In this document: piece by piece, positions 10,333 through 20,594 of the stretch
Position numbering within the stretch: the first letter of the stretch is position 1
Layout of the letters: each line of letters opens with the position of its first letter
NCBI GenBank assembly: GCA_963818475.1
Contig: CAWFSF010000006.1
Span: 1,856,001 to 1,920,000, forward strand
Reading direction: 5' to 3'
Origin: Nitrospirota bacterium
GTDB taxonomy: Bacteria > Nitrospirota > UBA9217
Length of the DNA: 64,000 nucleotides
Notes under the pieces: generated by a model
Database searches by the model: none
Seen by the model: the letters and a program-made list of their open reading frames with translations, nothing else
Told to the model about the DNA's origin: nothing
Program-made: the position numbers and the translations under genes

Positions 10333-10879
10333 GCTGGTCCACCTCGATCGTAAGCATATCGGCGTTTCCCGAGAGCCCCTGCCCTTCGAGATACAGCTCG
10401 CTGCCGAGCAATTTAAAAGGGTCCGCTGTCCGCAGAATCCGCTCGCCGGCACGCCAGAACAGCGAATTGGTCGTCAGGAGATATCCCTCGCTGGTCACGA
10501 TCCTGACCTCGCGGATGCCGCGTCGGATGGAAGCATCTCCCGTGACCGTATCCAGCGTAGCGACTTCTCCCAGGAGCCGTGCTTCACGGCTGTCCGGGGC
10601 GACAAAGGTGATCTCGACATTCTTTAACTGCGCTTCCTTGCTTTCGTAGAGATCGGCGCTGCCGGCGATCATGCGCCACGAGACCCTGCCGTTCTCCGTC
10701 TCGACAAACCTGAAACCTTCCATGCTCATGAGCAGGCGATTGCCCGCTGGAGGCTGAAACAGCGCGGGCATGACACGGTCTGTACCGCGCAACAGTACAT
10801 AGGCGCTGTAAAGTGCCACAATGAGGACGAGGATGCTCCCCAGCGCTATAATGATACCCCTGTCTACGTTTATGTTCAT
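10307..10879 (-). CDS. lptC: LPS export periplasmic protein LptC
   Basis: Single N-terminal TM helix then beta-rich domain; synteny. Confidence 0.8.
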   Translation of the reverse strand: MNINVDRGIIIALGSILVLIVALYSAYVLLRGTDRVMPALFQPPAGNRLLMSMEGFRFVETENGRVSWRMIAGSADLYESKEAQLKNVEITFVAPDSREARLLGEVATLDTVTGDASIRRGIREVRIVTSEGYLLTTNSLFWRAGERILRTADPFKLLGSELYLEGQGLSGNADMLTIEVDQHVKAVLQE

Positions 10880-10926
10880 GACGGTTAAAAGGCATATGGC
10901 GGCTTCTTTTGCCGCCATATGCATAA

Positions 10927-10955
10927 TTTATACCATAGGATGCTTTTGAAGTAAA
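10927..10955 (-). promoter_or_regulatory. Sigma-70-type promoter for the lptC operon
   Basis: TTTACT-17 nt-TATAAA with TG extension on minus strand. Confidence 0.45.
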
Positions 10956-11002
10956 GACTAAATAGTTTATGGGTTGGAAGAAATATGCGCTGCAACTCGA
11001 GG

Positions 11003-12266
11003 TCAGTCCTTGATCCGCTCCCTGAGGGACGTCAATTCACGCATTTGCTCCTCAACAAGCTTCTCGAGGCGAACAGTGGACGACCGGTCGCGCACTACCG
11101 ATTGGATAAAGCGCTTTCCCATCAAAACAAGCTCCACAACGCTCATTTCAACCGGTACGACCGATCCATCGGACTTTTTAAGGTCCCCCTGCAGGACCGT
11201 ATGGTTGTTTTGCACGGCCTCGGCAAGTATCTGTTGCGCAGCATCCGGCATGACAAGGAGCTCGAACAGGTTCTTGTGAACAAGGTCATACTTCCCCAGT
11301 CCGGTCAACTGTACGGCCTGATCGTTGGCAAAGAGAACATCGCCGTTCTCGGCAAGCACGAATATGGATTCGGCTGCATGCTCCACCAGGGTCCGGTAGC
11401 GCTCTTCGGACGAGCGGAGCTCCTCGATCTTTTCCGCGACCCACTGCTCCAGCTCCATGTTCATCTTGCGGAGCTCCGTCTGCAAGTCCTCGTTCTGGAC
11501 TGTCGTCGAAATGATGCCCGCAAGGGTGGTGAAAAAGTTGATTTCCTCATCGGTGAAATTCTTTGCCTTGCTGTAGAACACCTCGATCGCCCCGACAAGG
11601 GCGCCGTTCGAGTAGACGTAGAGCGGCAGACAGTACACCGAGGTGAATTCGGAAAGCATCAGCTCGGGAAGTTCGCGGAACCGCGGGTCTTTATTGAAAT
11701 CCTTCAGCATGACCGGTTCGAGCCGCCTGCCGACCCAGCCTTCGATCCCCTGGCCGAGCGGGATGCGTGTTTTCCCGACCGCCTCGCTGCGGAAACCGTT
11801 CGTTGCCGCAAGCACCAGCTCGTCCTTTTTCTTGTCATACAGAAAAACAAGACAGACTGTCGGCATCCATGGCCCTGGCCGTGATATCGGCCACGTCTTT
11901 CAGACGGTCCGGGAACAGGCGCGGCGAGTTGGCAGCGTAATTCACATCGTAGATGCCGAGGAACTTGATGAACAGGTCGTCCTTCATATCGAGCAGTTCT
12001 TCCTGCTTAAGGTGCAGCTCGAGATTGGCGTCTTCGAGGCGCCGGAAGTAGGGGACGATCGTTCTCCGGTAAAAACCGTAGGCCAGAAGCACGATGAGCG
12101 GCACGCAGAACAAGGAGATGAGCATCTCCCCCTGTTCGCCGCGCGCGATGAACATGCCGGCGGCTCCGCCGGCGCAGGCTGCGGCAAGCGCCAGGGCAAT
12201 AAGAACGATCAGGACCCCCTTCCGGTTGACGTCCGTCGGGCCCTGCTCTAAATCGGTATGCTGCAT
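11003..12266 (-). CDS. Membrane-anchored GAF + PAS protein with no output domain; frameshift near 11870
   Basis: Two TM helices, GAF (LVLAATNG...GIEGWV...DPRF), coiled coil, PAS (SEERYRTLVE...PVEMS...RD). Confidence 0.75.
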
Positions 12267-12311
12267 GGTTCATCCCTCCTGTGGGCGAACTGCGTCAGCC
12301 CTCTGTCCGTA

Positions 12312-13142
12312 TCAGCCCTTGATGAGCCTGACAAGGTCGTGCACGGCATGGTCCATGGATTCCGGAATAGCTACGTCCAGTCCCCGCTCCCGGAGCTTCA
12401 TAAACAGCTCGGTGAGCAGCGGGGGGTCGATATTGGAGGCCTTCAGCGCCTCGGCCTGCGAGAAGATCTCAGCAGGAGTGCCTGCCGTGAGCACCCCCTT
12501 GCCGCGGGCCAGCACATAGACCCGGTCGGCGAATGCGGCCACCAGGTTAAGGTCGTGCGTGGACATGATGATGGTCATTCCTTCGCGGTGCCGTTCATTC
12601 AAAAGCGTCACCAGCTCGCCCCGGGAACGGGAATCAAGTCCCTCGAAGGGTTCATCCAGGATCAGCAGCTCCGGCTGCATGACCAGGGCGCCGGCAAGCG
12701 CTACTTTCCGTTTTTCGCCGCCTGACAGATAATGGCAGATCTTGTCGCCCAGCCGGCTGATCCCCAGTTCGGCCATGACCCGCTCCACCATCTGAGCGGT
12801 CCGTTCTTTATCATAGCCATAGTTGCGGGGCGTAAAGGCGATGTCGTCCCATACCGTCGGAGACAGGATCTGATCATCGACGTTCTGGAGCAGCACACCG
12901 ATGCGCTCGCGGACCGTATTATACTTGAGGGCCGGGTTGATGTTGAAGACCGACACGCTTCCTTCATTCGGTGCGAGCAGGCCCAGGATATGGAACAGCA
13001 ACGTGGTCTTGCCGGATCCGTTCCCGCCCAGGATCACCACGCGTTCGCCCCGGTTCACGACAAAGTCCAGGCCGCAGATATGGATCTCCGTGGTGTCGGG
13101 ATAAATATGTTTCAGACAGCTTACTTTTACGAGGGTTTCCAT
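12312..13142 (-). CDS. ECF transporter ATPase (CbiO/NikO-like)
   Basis: GGNGSGKTT, LSGGEKRK, LDEP, STHD. Confidence 0.88.
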   Translation of the reverse strand: METLVKVSCLKHIYPDTTEIHICGLDFVVNRGERVVILGGNGSGKTTLLFHILGLLAPNEGSVSVFNINPALKYNTVRERIGVLLQNVDDQILSPTVWDDIAFTPRNYGYDKERTAQMVERVMAELGISRLGDKICHYLSGGEKRKVALAGALVMQPELLILDEPFEGLDSRSRGELVTLLNERHREGMTIIMSTHDLNLVAAFADRVYVLARGKGVLTAGTPAEIFSQAEALKASNIDPPLLTELFMKLRERGLDVAIPESMDHAVHDLVRLIKG

Positions 13143-13221
13143 ACCATCCTTCATTCCCTGCAAGACGGAACAGGGCAATTGAGCACCGGCACCGGTGCAA
13201 AAGCGAACGTCTCCGTCACGC

Positions 13222-13926
13222 CTAGCGCCAGATGAGTACGAGCATCAGAACTATGATGCCGGTCCCGAGCGGCAGCCAGTCGTCACGGCGGAACCTGCCG
13301 GCGCCGGCCCGGGCCATGCTGCCATGATACCCGCGCACCGCCATGACGGCATAGAGACGGGACGCGCGCTCCACGGCCTTGACGAGCAGCATGGCGATGC
13401 CCTTCGAGATGTTTGTGCCGTTCTTATAAATGCTGCCCGGCGAGAAACCGCCGCGAAGCCTGATGGACACCGCAAAGTTGTCCATCATGTCGAGCAGAAT
13501 AAAGAGCGTCCGGTAGGTCATGAACAGCCCCGCGGACAGCAGCTCCGGAAGCACCGTGCTCAACAGGCCGAAGATCTTCGGATAGGGCGTGCTCACGATA
13601 AGGGTGAGCATGGCCAGCGCCGGCGTGATCGCCTTGAGGATCAGCAGCGCGTAGGCCTGGCTCCCGCCCCGCAGGCTCAGGCCGTAGAGAAGCGCAAATA
13701 CGGCGGAATAGAGCGAGAGCGCTACGACCCTGAGCCAGGGAAGGCGGGACGAGGCCACCAGAAGCAGCAGCACGACATACCCTGCCGCAAGGGGATAGGG
13801 ATTGCGCGTCATGACCGACGCTGTCACGACCAGCAGCAGGAAGATGACCTTGGAAAGCACCGAGGCCCGGTGAAGCGGCCCGGTGCCGCTGGCTGCCCAA
13901 TAATCGATCCGTGCAACATCTATCAT
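13222..13926 (-). CDS. ECF transporter T component (CbiQ/NikQ-like)
   Basis: TM helices with LRG and VRG coupling motifs. Confidence 0.82.
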   Translation of the reverse strand: MIDVARIDYWAASGTGPLHRASVLSKVIFLLLVVTASVMTRNPYPLAAGYVVLLLLVASSRLPWLRVVALSLYSAVFALLYGLSLRGGSQAYALLILKAITPALAMLTLIVSTPYPKIFGLLSTVLPELLSAGLFMTYRTLFILLDMMDNFAVSIRLRGGFSPGSIYKNGTNISKGIAMLLVKAVERASRLYAVMAVRGYHGSMARAGAGRFRRDDWLPLGTGIIVLMLVLIWR

Positions 13927-13936
13927 GACGGGAACC

Positions 13937-14642
13937 TCATGGCCCGGGGGACCTCTGCGCGTCATGCAGCCCGTGTTTCAGCAGTTCCGGCTTGACCTGT
14001 GCGACAAACTTCACGACGGCTCCGGTGATCGCAGCTTCGATGAGCCATCCGATCGATCCGAGGGAAAGCACAACGATCGCAAAGGTTGTAATGGTGGGCT
14101 CTGGAGCAGCAGTCTGAGCATGGATCCCTTCTTCATGACCATGAAGCACGGCATCCACGTCAATATGCGACACCGACACCATGCCGATCAGAAGCAACGT
14201 CGTCGTGAGCAGCGTCAAGCACCGTAACGATGGCGGCCCTCCAGAACACGGGCAGACGCCGCCCCATAAGGGAGAACAAGGTGTGCCCCAGTACTGCTTC
14301 CGCGCCGAGCAGCAGCGTGTTCAGTCCGACGACCGTGATCCCTCCGTGCCCCATCAGCGCCAGAATAAGGTTCGTAATGAAGGCGGCCACAAAACCGAGC
14401 GCCGGGCCGAGGAGGATGCCCGCTACCACCGAGAGGTTGATATGATATGCGATCGGGAGGATCTCCAGGCTCATGGCAACGAGCATGACCGCCGAGACAG
14501 CACCCAGCAGGGGGATCTTCTTCTTCGCGTCCATGGACCGGAGACTGGCCAGACTGATCGACAGGGCAAGAGCCATGAGGAATAAACCGGAGAGCCAGAG
14601 CCAGACAGGAAGGATCCCGTCCGGAATATGCATATGCGTCAT
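13937..14642 (-). CDS. ECF substrate component CbiM/NikM; frameshift near 14218
   Basis: N-terminal MHIPDG metal-binding motif, HGGIT, IE..ITG. Confidence 0.85.
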
Positions 14643-14676
14643 AGGGTGCTGCCCTTCCCTGCCGCCTCGCGTGCGG

Positions 14677-15072
14677 TCATTGGTCGTGTCCGCCGTTCTT
14701 GTGCGCTCCCTTGATGAAGACGACGCGGCCGTCTCCGCCGATAAAGATATTCAGCACCCAGCTGATGATGCTGATGAGGAGCGCGCCCAGGAACGCCGCC
14801 CGAAACGACTCGATGATGAAACCGGGGACGACATCCGAAACGAGCTTCAGAAGGGCTGCATTGATAACGAGCGTGAACAGACCGAGCGTCAGCAGGTTGA
14901 TCGGCAGCGTCAGGATGAGCACGACGGGCCTGATCACGGCATTGACAATGCCGAGAATACCAGCGGCAAGAATGCCCATTGCAAGGCTCTGTATCCTGAT
15001 CCCGTCTATGATTTTCGTGGCTGTTACCAGTGCGAGAAGATTAATTGACCAGCGTACTAAAAAACCGAGCAT
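14677..15072 (-). CDS. YvlD/DUF360-like 4-TM membrane protein
   Basis: N..IRP....LTLP...LTLGLF..VINA motif. Confidence 0.82.
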   Translation of the reverse strand: MLGFLVRWSINLLALVTATKIIDGIRIQSLAMGILAAGILGIVNAVIRPVVLILTLPINLLTLGLFTLVINAALLKLVSDVVPGFIIESFRAAFLGALLISIISWVLNIFIGGDGRVVFIKGAHKNGGHDQ

Positions 15073-15246
15073 AGCACCTCCGACAATAAAAAAATTCTAA
15101 CATACTTATGATGCATTTGCAACCACGGAGTCTTCGGCGCGGCGACACAAACATTGGACTTTCTGCCCCACGCGTTGAAAACAGCCGGTCGCCATGCTAC
15201 TATTTTATCAATAGTGTTGATTCGGTATTTCCGGAAGGAGCTGCGC

Positions 15247-16345
15247 ATGCAGATCGGTGTCCCTCGTGAGATCAAGACAGAAGAGTTCCGTGTCGGCATC
15301 ACGCCCTTCGGGGTGCAGGAACTGACCCGGGACGGCCAGGCGGTCCTCATCGAGAAAGACGCGGGCGCCGGAAGCGGCTTTTCCGATGAGGAATATGCCC
15401 GGGCCGGAGCAGTGATCGTCGACCGGGAGCAGCTCTTTAAAAAAAGCCGAATTGATCATCAAAGTAAAGGAGCCGCTCCCGCAGGAGTATGATCTCCTCC
15501 AGAAGGGGCAGGCCCTGTTCACCTATCTTCATCTTGCCCCTAATCCCCGGCTAACCGACGTGCTCCTGTCAAAGAAGATAACCGGCATCGGGTATGAGAC
15601 CCTGACCCGCGACGGAGTCCTTCCGCTCCTCGCGCCGATGAGTGAGATCGCCGGACGGATGGCGCCGCTCATGGGCGCCTATTATCTGCAGAAGTTCAAA
15701 GGCGGTTCCGGCATTCTCGCGACCGGAGCAAGCGGTGTACGGCCTGCCAGGATCGTGATCCTCGGCGCAGGCGTGGTCGGCACGAACGCGGCCCGGGTGG
15801 CAAGCGGCCTCGGCATGGAAACCATGATCATGAACAAAGGCACGGAAAGGCTCCAGAAGGTCGATGAGCTTTTCATGGGAAGGGTGGAAACCATGCCCGC
15901 CACGGGCCAGGCCATAGCCGAAGAGATCAAGACGGCCGACATCATCGTCGGCGCCATACTCGTACCGGGCGGAAGGACGCCGATCCTTATATCGCGTCAG
16001 ATGCTCGGGAGCATGAAAAAAGGTTCGGTCATTGTGGACGTGTCCGTGGACCAGGGCGGCTGCATAGAGACCTCGCGCCCCACGACGCATGACGATCCCG
16101 TGTACGAGCTCGACGGCATCCTCCATTACTGCGTTGCCAACATGCCCGGCGCCTATCCCCGGACTTCAACGCTGGCGCTCACCAATGCCACGCTTCCCTA
16201 TATTAAATTGCTCGCAGAAAAAGGGATCGAGAGATCTATGGAGGAAGACAGCATCCGGAGCGCACTGAACACCTATCAGGGAAAGATCGTGAACAAAGCA
16301 TTGGAGGAAGCGATGAGGATTACGAAGGAAGGTGGACGCACTTAA
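15247..16345 (+). CDS. ald: Alanine dehydrogenase; frameshift in poly-A near 15440
   Basis: IGVPREIK..E.RV, KVKEP, YLHLA, PMSEIAGR, GAGVVG, DQGGC, VANMPG. Confidence 0.93.
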
Positions 16346-16404
16346 GGGCTCTCAAAATAATGAGAGCAAGCACCGTTATCAGCCGCGCTACATGAAAAGA
16401 TCAG

Positions 16405-16438
16405 GCCTCGCTATCTCTTCCTTTCAGAGATGCGGGGC
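16405..16438. terminator. Hairpin between convergent ald and Ig-lipoprotein genes
   Basis: GCCTCGCTATCTCT...AGAGATGCGGGGC imperfect stem. Confidence 0.45.
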
Positions 16439-16466
16439 ATAAGCTGGAATACATGCACATTAGCAT

Positions 16467-17385
16467 CTAAGGACCCGTCACGGTCACGCTTGTGCTTCCC
16501 GTGACACTAGTTATCGGGTCAGTGGCAATAACGTACACCTGCCCGATGTCTCCTCCTGCAGTTGCAACACCTTTACTAACAAGCACGCTCCCCGTTGGTG
16601 ACGAATACCAGTTCACATTCGACGTAATGTCCATCTGTGTATTACCCAGGAAAGTACCGATTGCTGAGAACGTCTGGCTTGAGAAAACCTGCATGCTAGG
16701 AGCTTGCGACGTCACCGAAATAGACGTCAAAGCAGTAGGAGTGATCTTAATGGCTGTCGTAAAGGATATACTGGTCGTGCTGGTTGGGCTGGTGAAAAAC
16801 GTATCGGTTGCGGTAATGTTTACAGTGGTAATTGTGGTTGTCACGCCGGTAGTAACGAAACCTCGCGAAACCGTTGCAATCGAGGAATCTGATGAAGTCC
16901 AGGTCAGCGTTGGAGATGACATCAGACTTTGCGAGCCTGTTGCCTTCGGACCATAAAGCTATTGCAGCAAATTGATAACTTGTCCCTTCAGCCATAACCG
17001 GATTTTCCGGAGTTATGGTAATGGTACTGGGCGTAACAATGGTGAGCAGGGAAGAACTGGTAAAATTATTGTACGGCTCGACCGCGGTGATCGTGGTTAT
17101 GCCAGCAGACAAGACTGTAACATAACCTGCGGTGCCAGCTGTCATGCCAACCGTTGCAACGGTGGGATTCGATGAGCTCCAGATCACTTCTGACGTATAG
17201 TTCAATATTAACCCATCGGAAAAGGTACCGGTAGCGGTGAATTGAGTCCCGCTCGCATAGACAGGATCGGTGGGCGTTACGGTGATCGATACGAGTTTTG
17301 CGCTATTAGAAGAGCAGCTCATGAAGCCCAGCGCGGCCATGACAAGCGCCACCACCATTACGATACCAGCTTTAAAACTCTTCAT
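16467..17385 (-). CDS. Lipoprotein with about three bacterial Ig-like (Big_2) repeats; frameshift near 16940
   Basis: Lipobox-like FMSC; repeated SITVTP...QF.A.GTF...W.SS pattern, Thr/Ser-rich. Confidence 0.8.
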
Positions 17386-17462
17386 GCACTTCTCTCCTTA
17401 CGGATCGTTTCTCGAATGACCGCGCAAAAGGTCTCCGGGCGGACATGATCAAATCGGGGCTT

Positions 17463-17491
17463 ATAATACAACTTGAAACCTTCACTGTCAA
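17463..17491 (-). promoter_or_regulatory. Sigma-70 promoter of the Ig-lipoprotein gene
   Basis: TTGACA-17 nt-TATTAT on minus strand. Confidence 0.6.
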
Positions 17492-17522
17492 ACGCTAATA
17501 TTCCGTACTCCATACCTCTCGC

Positions 17523-18041
17523 CTATGGCTTGACCTGCCCGACAAACCTCCCCTGATAGGTGGCATGACCGTCGCATTTTTCAAATATAAACTGGCAGAT
17601 CCTGGTACCGGGATATAACGCTAATGGTCCATGCCCTAAATTCACTATTTCCAGAGCCTGATGATTCGAGATGCCCGGATGCATAAAGCCGGCGGTAACG
17701 TGAACAGCCAGCCCGAAACGGGCAAACCTGCTGCGTCCTTCAAGCCGGCCTGAGATATTGTCGGCAAGCGTGATCTTCTCCTTCGTGATCCCCAGGATCA
17801 TTTCACCCGGCTTTATAACGATATACCCGCCGTCCTTCACATGAACGTCCCGGGTGATATCCTGGAAATGAGAATCGTTTTTTATGTGATAGATCTTCGA
17901 CTGTTTTTTAAAGATCCTGAAATCATTGCCGAGCGTAAGATCGATGGAACCCGGTCCGATCTGCGAGCTGTCAAGCGGCTCGATCGCGATCGATCCATTT
18001 TTCAAAGCTTTTTCTATTTCTTTCCCGATCAACACGCTCAT
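17523..18041 (-). CDS. dcd: dCTP deaminase
   Basis: SIDLTLG, EGRSRFARFGL.VH.TAG, LEI.N, ICQ, YQG. Confidence 0.88.
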   Translation of the reverse strand: MSVLIGKEIEKALKNGSIAIEPLDSSQIGPGSIDLTLGNDFRIFKKQSKIYHIKNDSHFQDITRDVHVKDGGYIVIKPGEMILGITKEKITLADNISGRLEGRSRFARFGLAVHVTAGFMHPGISNHQALEIVNLGHGPLALYPGTRICQFIFEKCDGHATYQGRFVGQVKP

Positions 18042-18085
18042 CGTTCACCAGCCTCTCGATTGATTAAAAGTGCAAGCTTCTCGTG

Positions 18086-19666
18086 CTACTCCAGCAACAG
18101 CTGATTGTCCCTGGAGCGGGACTCTCCGATACTCGATACCGTGATCGCCGGCTTGCCGAGCACCGGGCACTTTGGCCTCGCAGATGCCGCAGCCGATGCA
18201 CAGTTCGAGGTCAACATGCGGCTGCTGCAGGGTAAGGACCCTCCCCTGCCGGTCACGCACCTGCACCTTCTCGAACCAGACCGCTTTCTTTGGCGTTGGG
18301 CAGACCTCCTCGCACATGATGCACGGCCGCGCATGCGCCCAGGGCAGGCACCTGTTCTTGTCGATCATGGCCAGGCCCAGTTTGACCTTGACCTTTTCTT
18401 CGAGCGCCAGCTTCCTGATGGCGCCCGTGGGGCAGACCTGGCCGCAGAGCGTGCAGCGGTATTCGCAGTACCCGATGCGCGGCACGAGCATGGGAGACCA
18501 GATGCCCTCGGCCCCTGCCTCAAGCAAGGTGGGCTGCAGTCCGTTCGTGGTGCAGACCTTCATGCACTCACCGCACTTGACGCAGCGTTTGAGAAATTCT
18601 TTTTCTGCAAGAGAACCCGGGGGGCGGATCAGAGCGGGATCCTGGGCATTGGTCCTGGCAAGCGGCGTGATGCGCAGGAACGGCACAACAGCGATGCCGC
18701 TGAACACTGACGCGATGATCCTTCTTCTGCCGAGGTCCATGGCTGCCGTTGCTTTTTTACTGCGGAAACCGAAACGTACCGCGTTCTGGGGGCAGACATC
18801 GTCGCAGTTCCAGCAGTAAAGGCACTCGGTGTCCTTCCACTTTTCCTTCTGATGAGGCGCTGCATTCCCCTGGCACTCCCGGTTGCAGGCCCCGCACTCC
18901 GTACACTCCTCGCTCACCGAACGCCGGAGCAGAGAGAATCCGGGAAAGGAGACCGAGGAATGCGCCGAGCGGGCAGAGGTATTTGCACCAGAACCGCTTT
19001 TCGATGAGGTTCAGACCGAGCACGACAAAGAAGAGCGCGCCGATGAAGACGTTCTGTTCGTAAAAAGACTGCTCAAAGGAGAGCACGGTCTTTTTCAGGA
19101 AGGTGAATATCGGCTCTGTTGCCGCTGCTGCGCCGAGCGGATTTACCGTGTACATCGTATCGAAGACCGCACCGCACGCCATAGTTGAACAGCGGATAGA
19201 TGCTTATGGAAAAAGAGCGGATCAGGAGCGAGAGCGGGTCCATGATGCCTGCGGGCTGCAGCGTGAAGACCGCTGATGCGAGGATGCCGGTCAGAATATA
19301 ATATTTGACCCGGTACCAGTCCCTGCCCTGGTGAGGCGCCGCCTGTTTTCTCAGCGAACCCACCAGGTTGTTCAGCGTGCCGAGAGGACAGGCCCATCCG
19401 CAGAAGACCCTGCCGAACACCATGGTGAGCACGATCGTTATGATCGACAGCAGGAATGCTTTTGCAGCAGCGTGGGCGGAAAGCAGCGTGGTCACAAAGA
19501 TGAGCGGGTCAAAATCAAGGAACAAACGCACCGGGTAGCCAAGCTCATCGTTCCCCTTTGATTCGGTCTGGATGAACAGGAAGAGGAACAGGAGGAGGAA
19601 TAGGCCTTGCGTCAGTCTTCGAATGTTTTGCATAGTGGGAAGGTTCGTCTTTATCTCGGTCGTCAT
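18086..19666 (-). CDS. Membrane polyferredoxin (NapH/MauN-like TM region plus MauM/NapG-like 4Fe-4S domains); several frameshifts
   Basis: FCGWACP and WCKYLCP motifs, multiple CxxCxxCxxxCP clusters, RPPG. Confidence 0.85.
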
Positions 19667-19688
19667 GAAATACCCACGAAATCCCCGG

Positions 19689-20591
19689 CTAAACGTTGAT
19701 TTTCACTATCCGCATCTTATTCAAGTCCATCTGTCCCAATCCAAGCTTGTGGCCTAAAGTCACATAGCCCAGATCGCTCCCCTTCATGCCGAAGAGCGTG
19801 GCGCCATAGGAGTCAATGGCCACCGGATCGATGCCTGCGACCACGGTATCGAGCTTTTTGACGTCTTCCAGGCTTCCGCCCTGCGGCCCGTTCGCCGTAA
19901 TGATGCGCACCGCGTCGAGGATCGTGAGCGTGGGTTTGATCTTCATCGAAAGGTCCACGAGGCTCTCATCCAGTTTCTGATGGATCTGGCGCCGCGAACC
20001 GCCCATGACGCCCATCCAGTTCTTCATGGACAGCGTAAGCTTCGCAAGCCCGTGGTGTTTCGCGATCGGAATGTTGATCACCTTGTCGGCTTCAAAGATA
20101 TCGGTGTACAGCGGCCAGGACTTGAGCGCCCGGCCATTGAGTGTCATGTCCTTGAACTTGCGGTCGTCCATATACGCCGCTTCCGCTCCCAGCGCGCTGA
20201 CCGCAGGCGCGATCCCGCTTTGCACATAACACCGCCGGGGATCGTTCACCGGCCGGTCGAAGACCTTTACTTTTTTTGCGCCTGCCTCGAAGCACAGCCT
20301 GACCACGGCAGCGACGACCTCCGGATTCGTATTGGCCGCCTGCTCCGGTGTCCGGTCCCAGCCGATGTTCGGCTTGATCACGACGATATCGCCGCGACTG
20401 ATGAACCGTTTAATGCCGCCAAGAGCGTCGACGGCAGCGGTGACGATCGTCGCCGGAGATGCGCCGTGCGCCACAACGAGGTCGGGCCGCATTGCCGACT
20501 CCGCCGCTTCGGCAAGGGATGCAAACCCTTCGGGCAGCGAAAGCCCTGCGCCGGTCAAAGCCGCAAGTTTCAGGAATTTTCTCCTCTCCAC
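19689..20591 (-). CDS. Tat-exported DUF362 family Fe-S protein
   Basis: RRKFLK Tat motif; IKPN, NTNP, P.AKHH, SMKNWMG, D.VAID. Confidence 0.85.
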   Translation of the reverse strand: MERRKFLKLAALTGAGLSLPEGFASLAEAAESAMRPDLVVAHGASPATIVTAAVDALGGIKRFISRGDIVVIKPNIGWDRTPEQAANTNPEVVAAVVRLCFEAGAKKVKVFDRPVNDPRRCYVQSGIAPAVSALGAEAAYMDDRKFKDMTLNGRALKSWPLYTDIFEADKVINIPIAKHHGLAKLTLSMKNWMGVMGGSRRQIHQKLDESLVDLSMKIKPTLTILDAVRIITANGPQGGSLEDVKKLDTVVAGIDPVAIDSYGATLFGMKGSDLGYVTLGHKLGLGQMDLNKMRIVKINV

Positions 20592-20594
20592 AGG

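Noticed and set aside
14677-15072. Phage holin indicating a prophage
   Set aside because: YvlD/DUF360 family proteins are common chromosomal membrane proteins, and no phage genes are adjacent
14642-15240. Cobalamin or NiCo riboswitch upstream of cbiM
   Set aside because: No B12-box or recognisable aptamer, and the gap to the upstream gene is only about 35 nt
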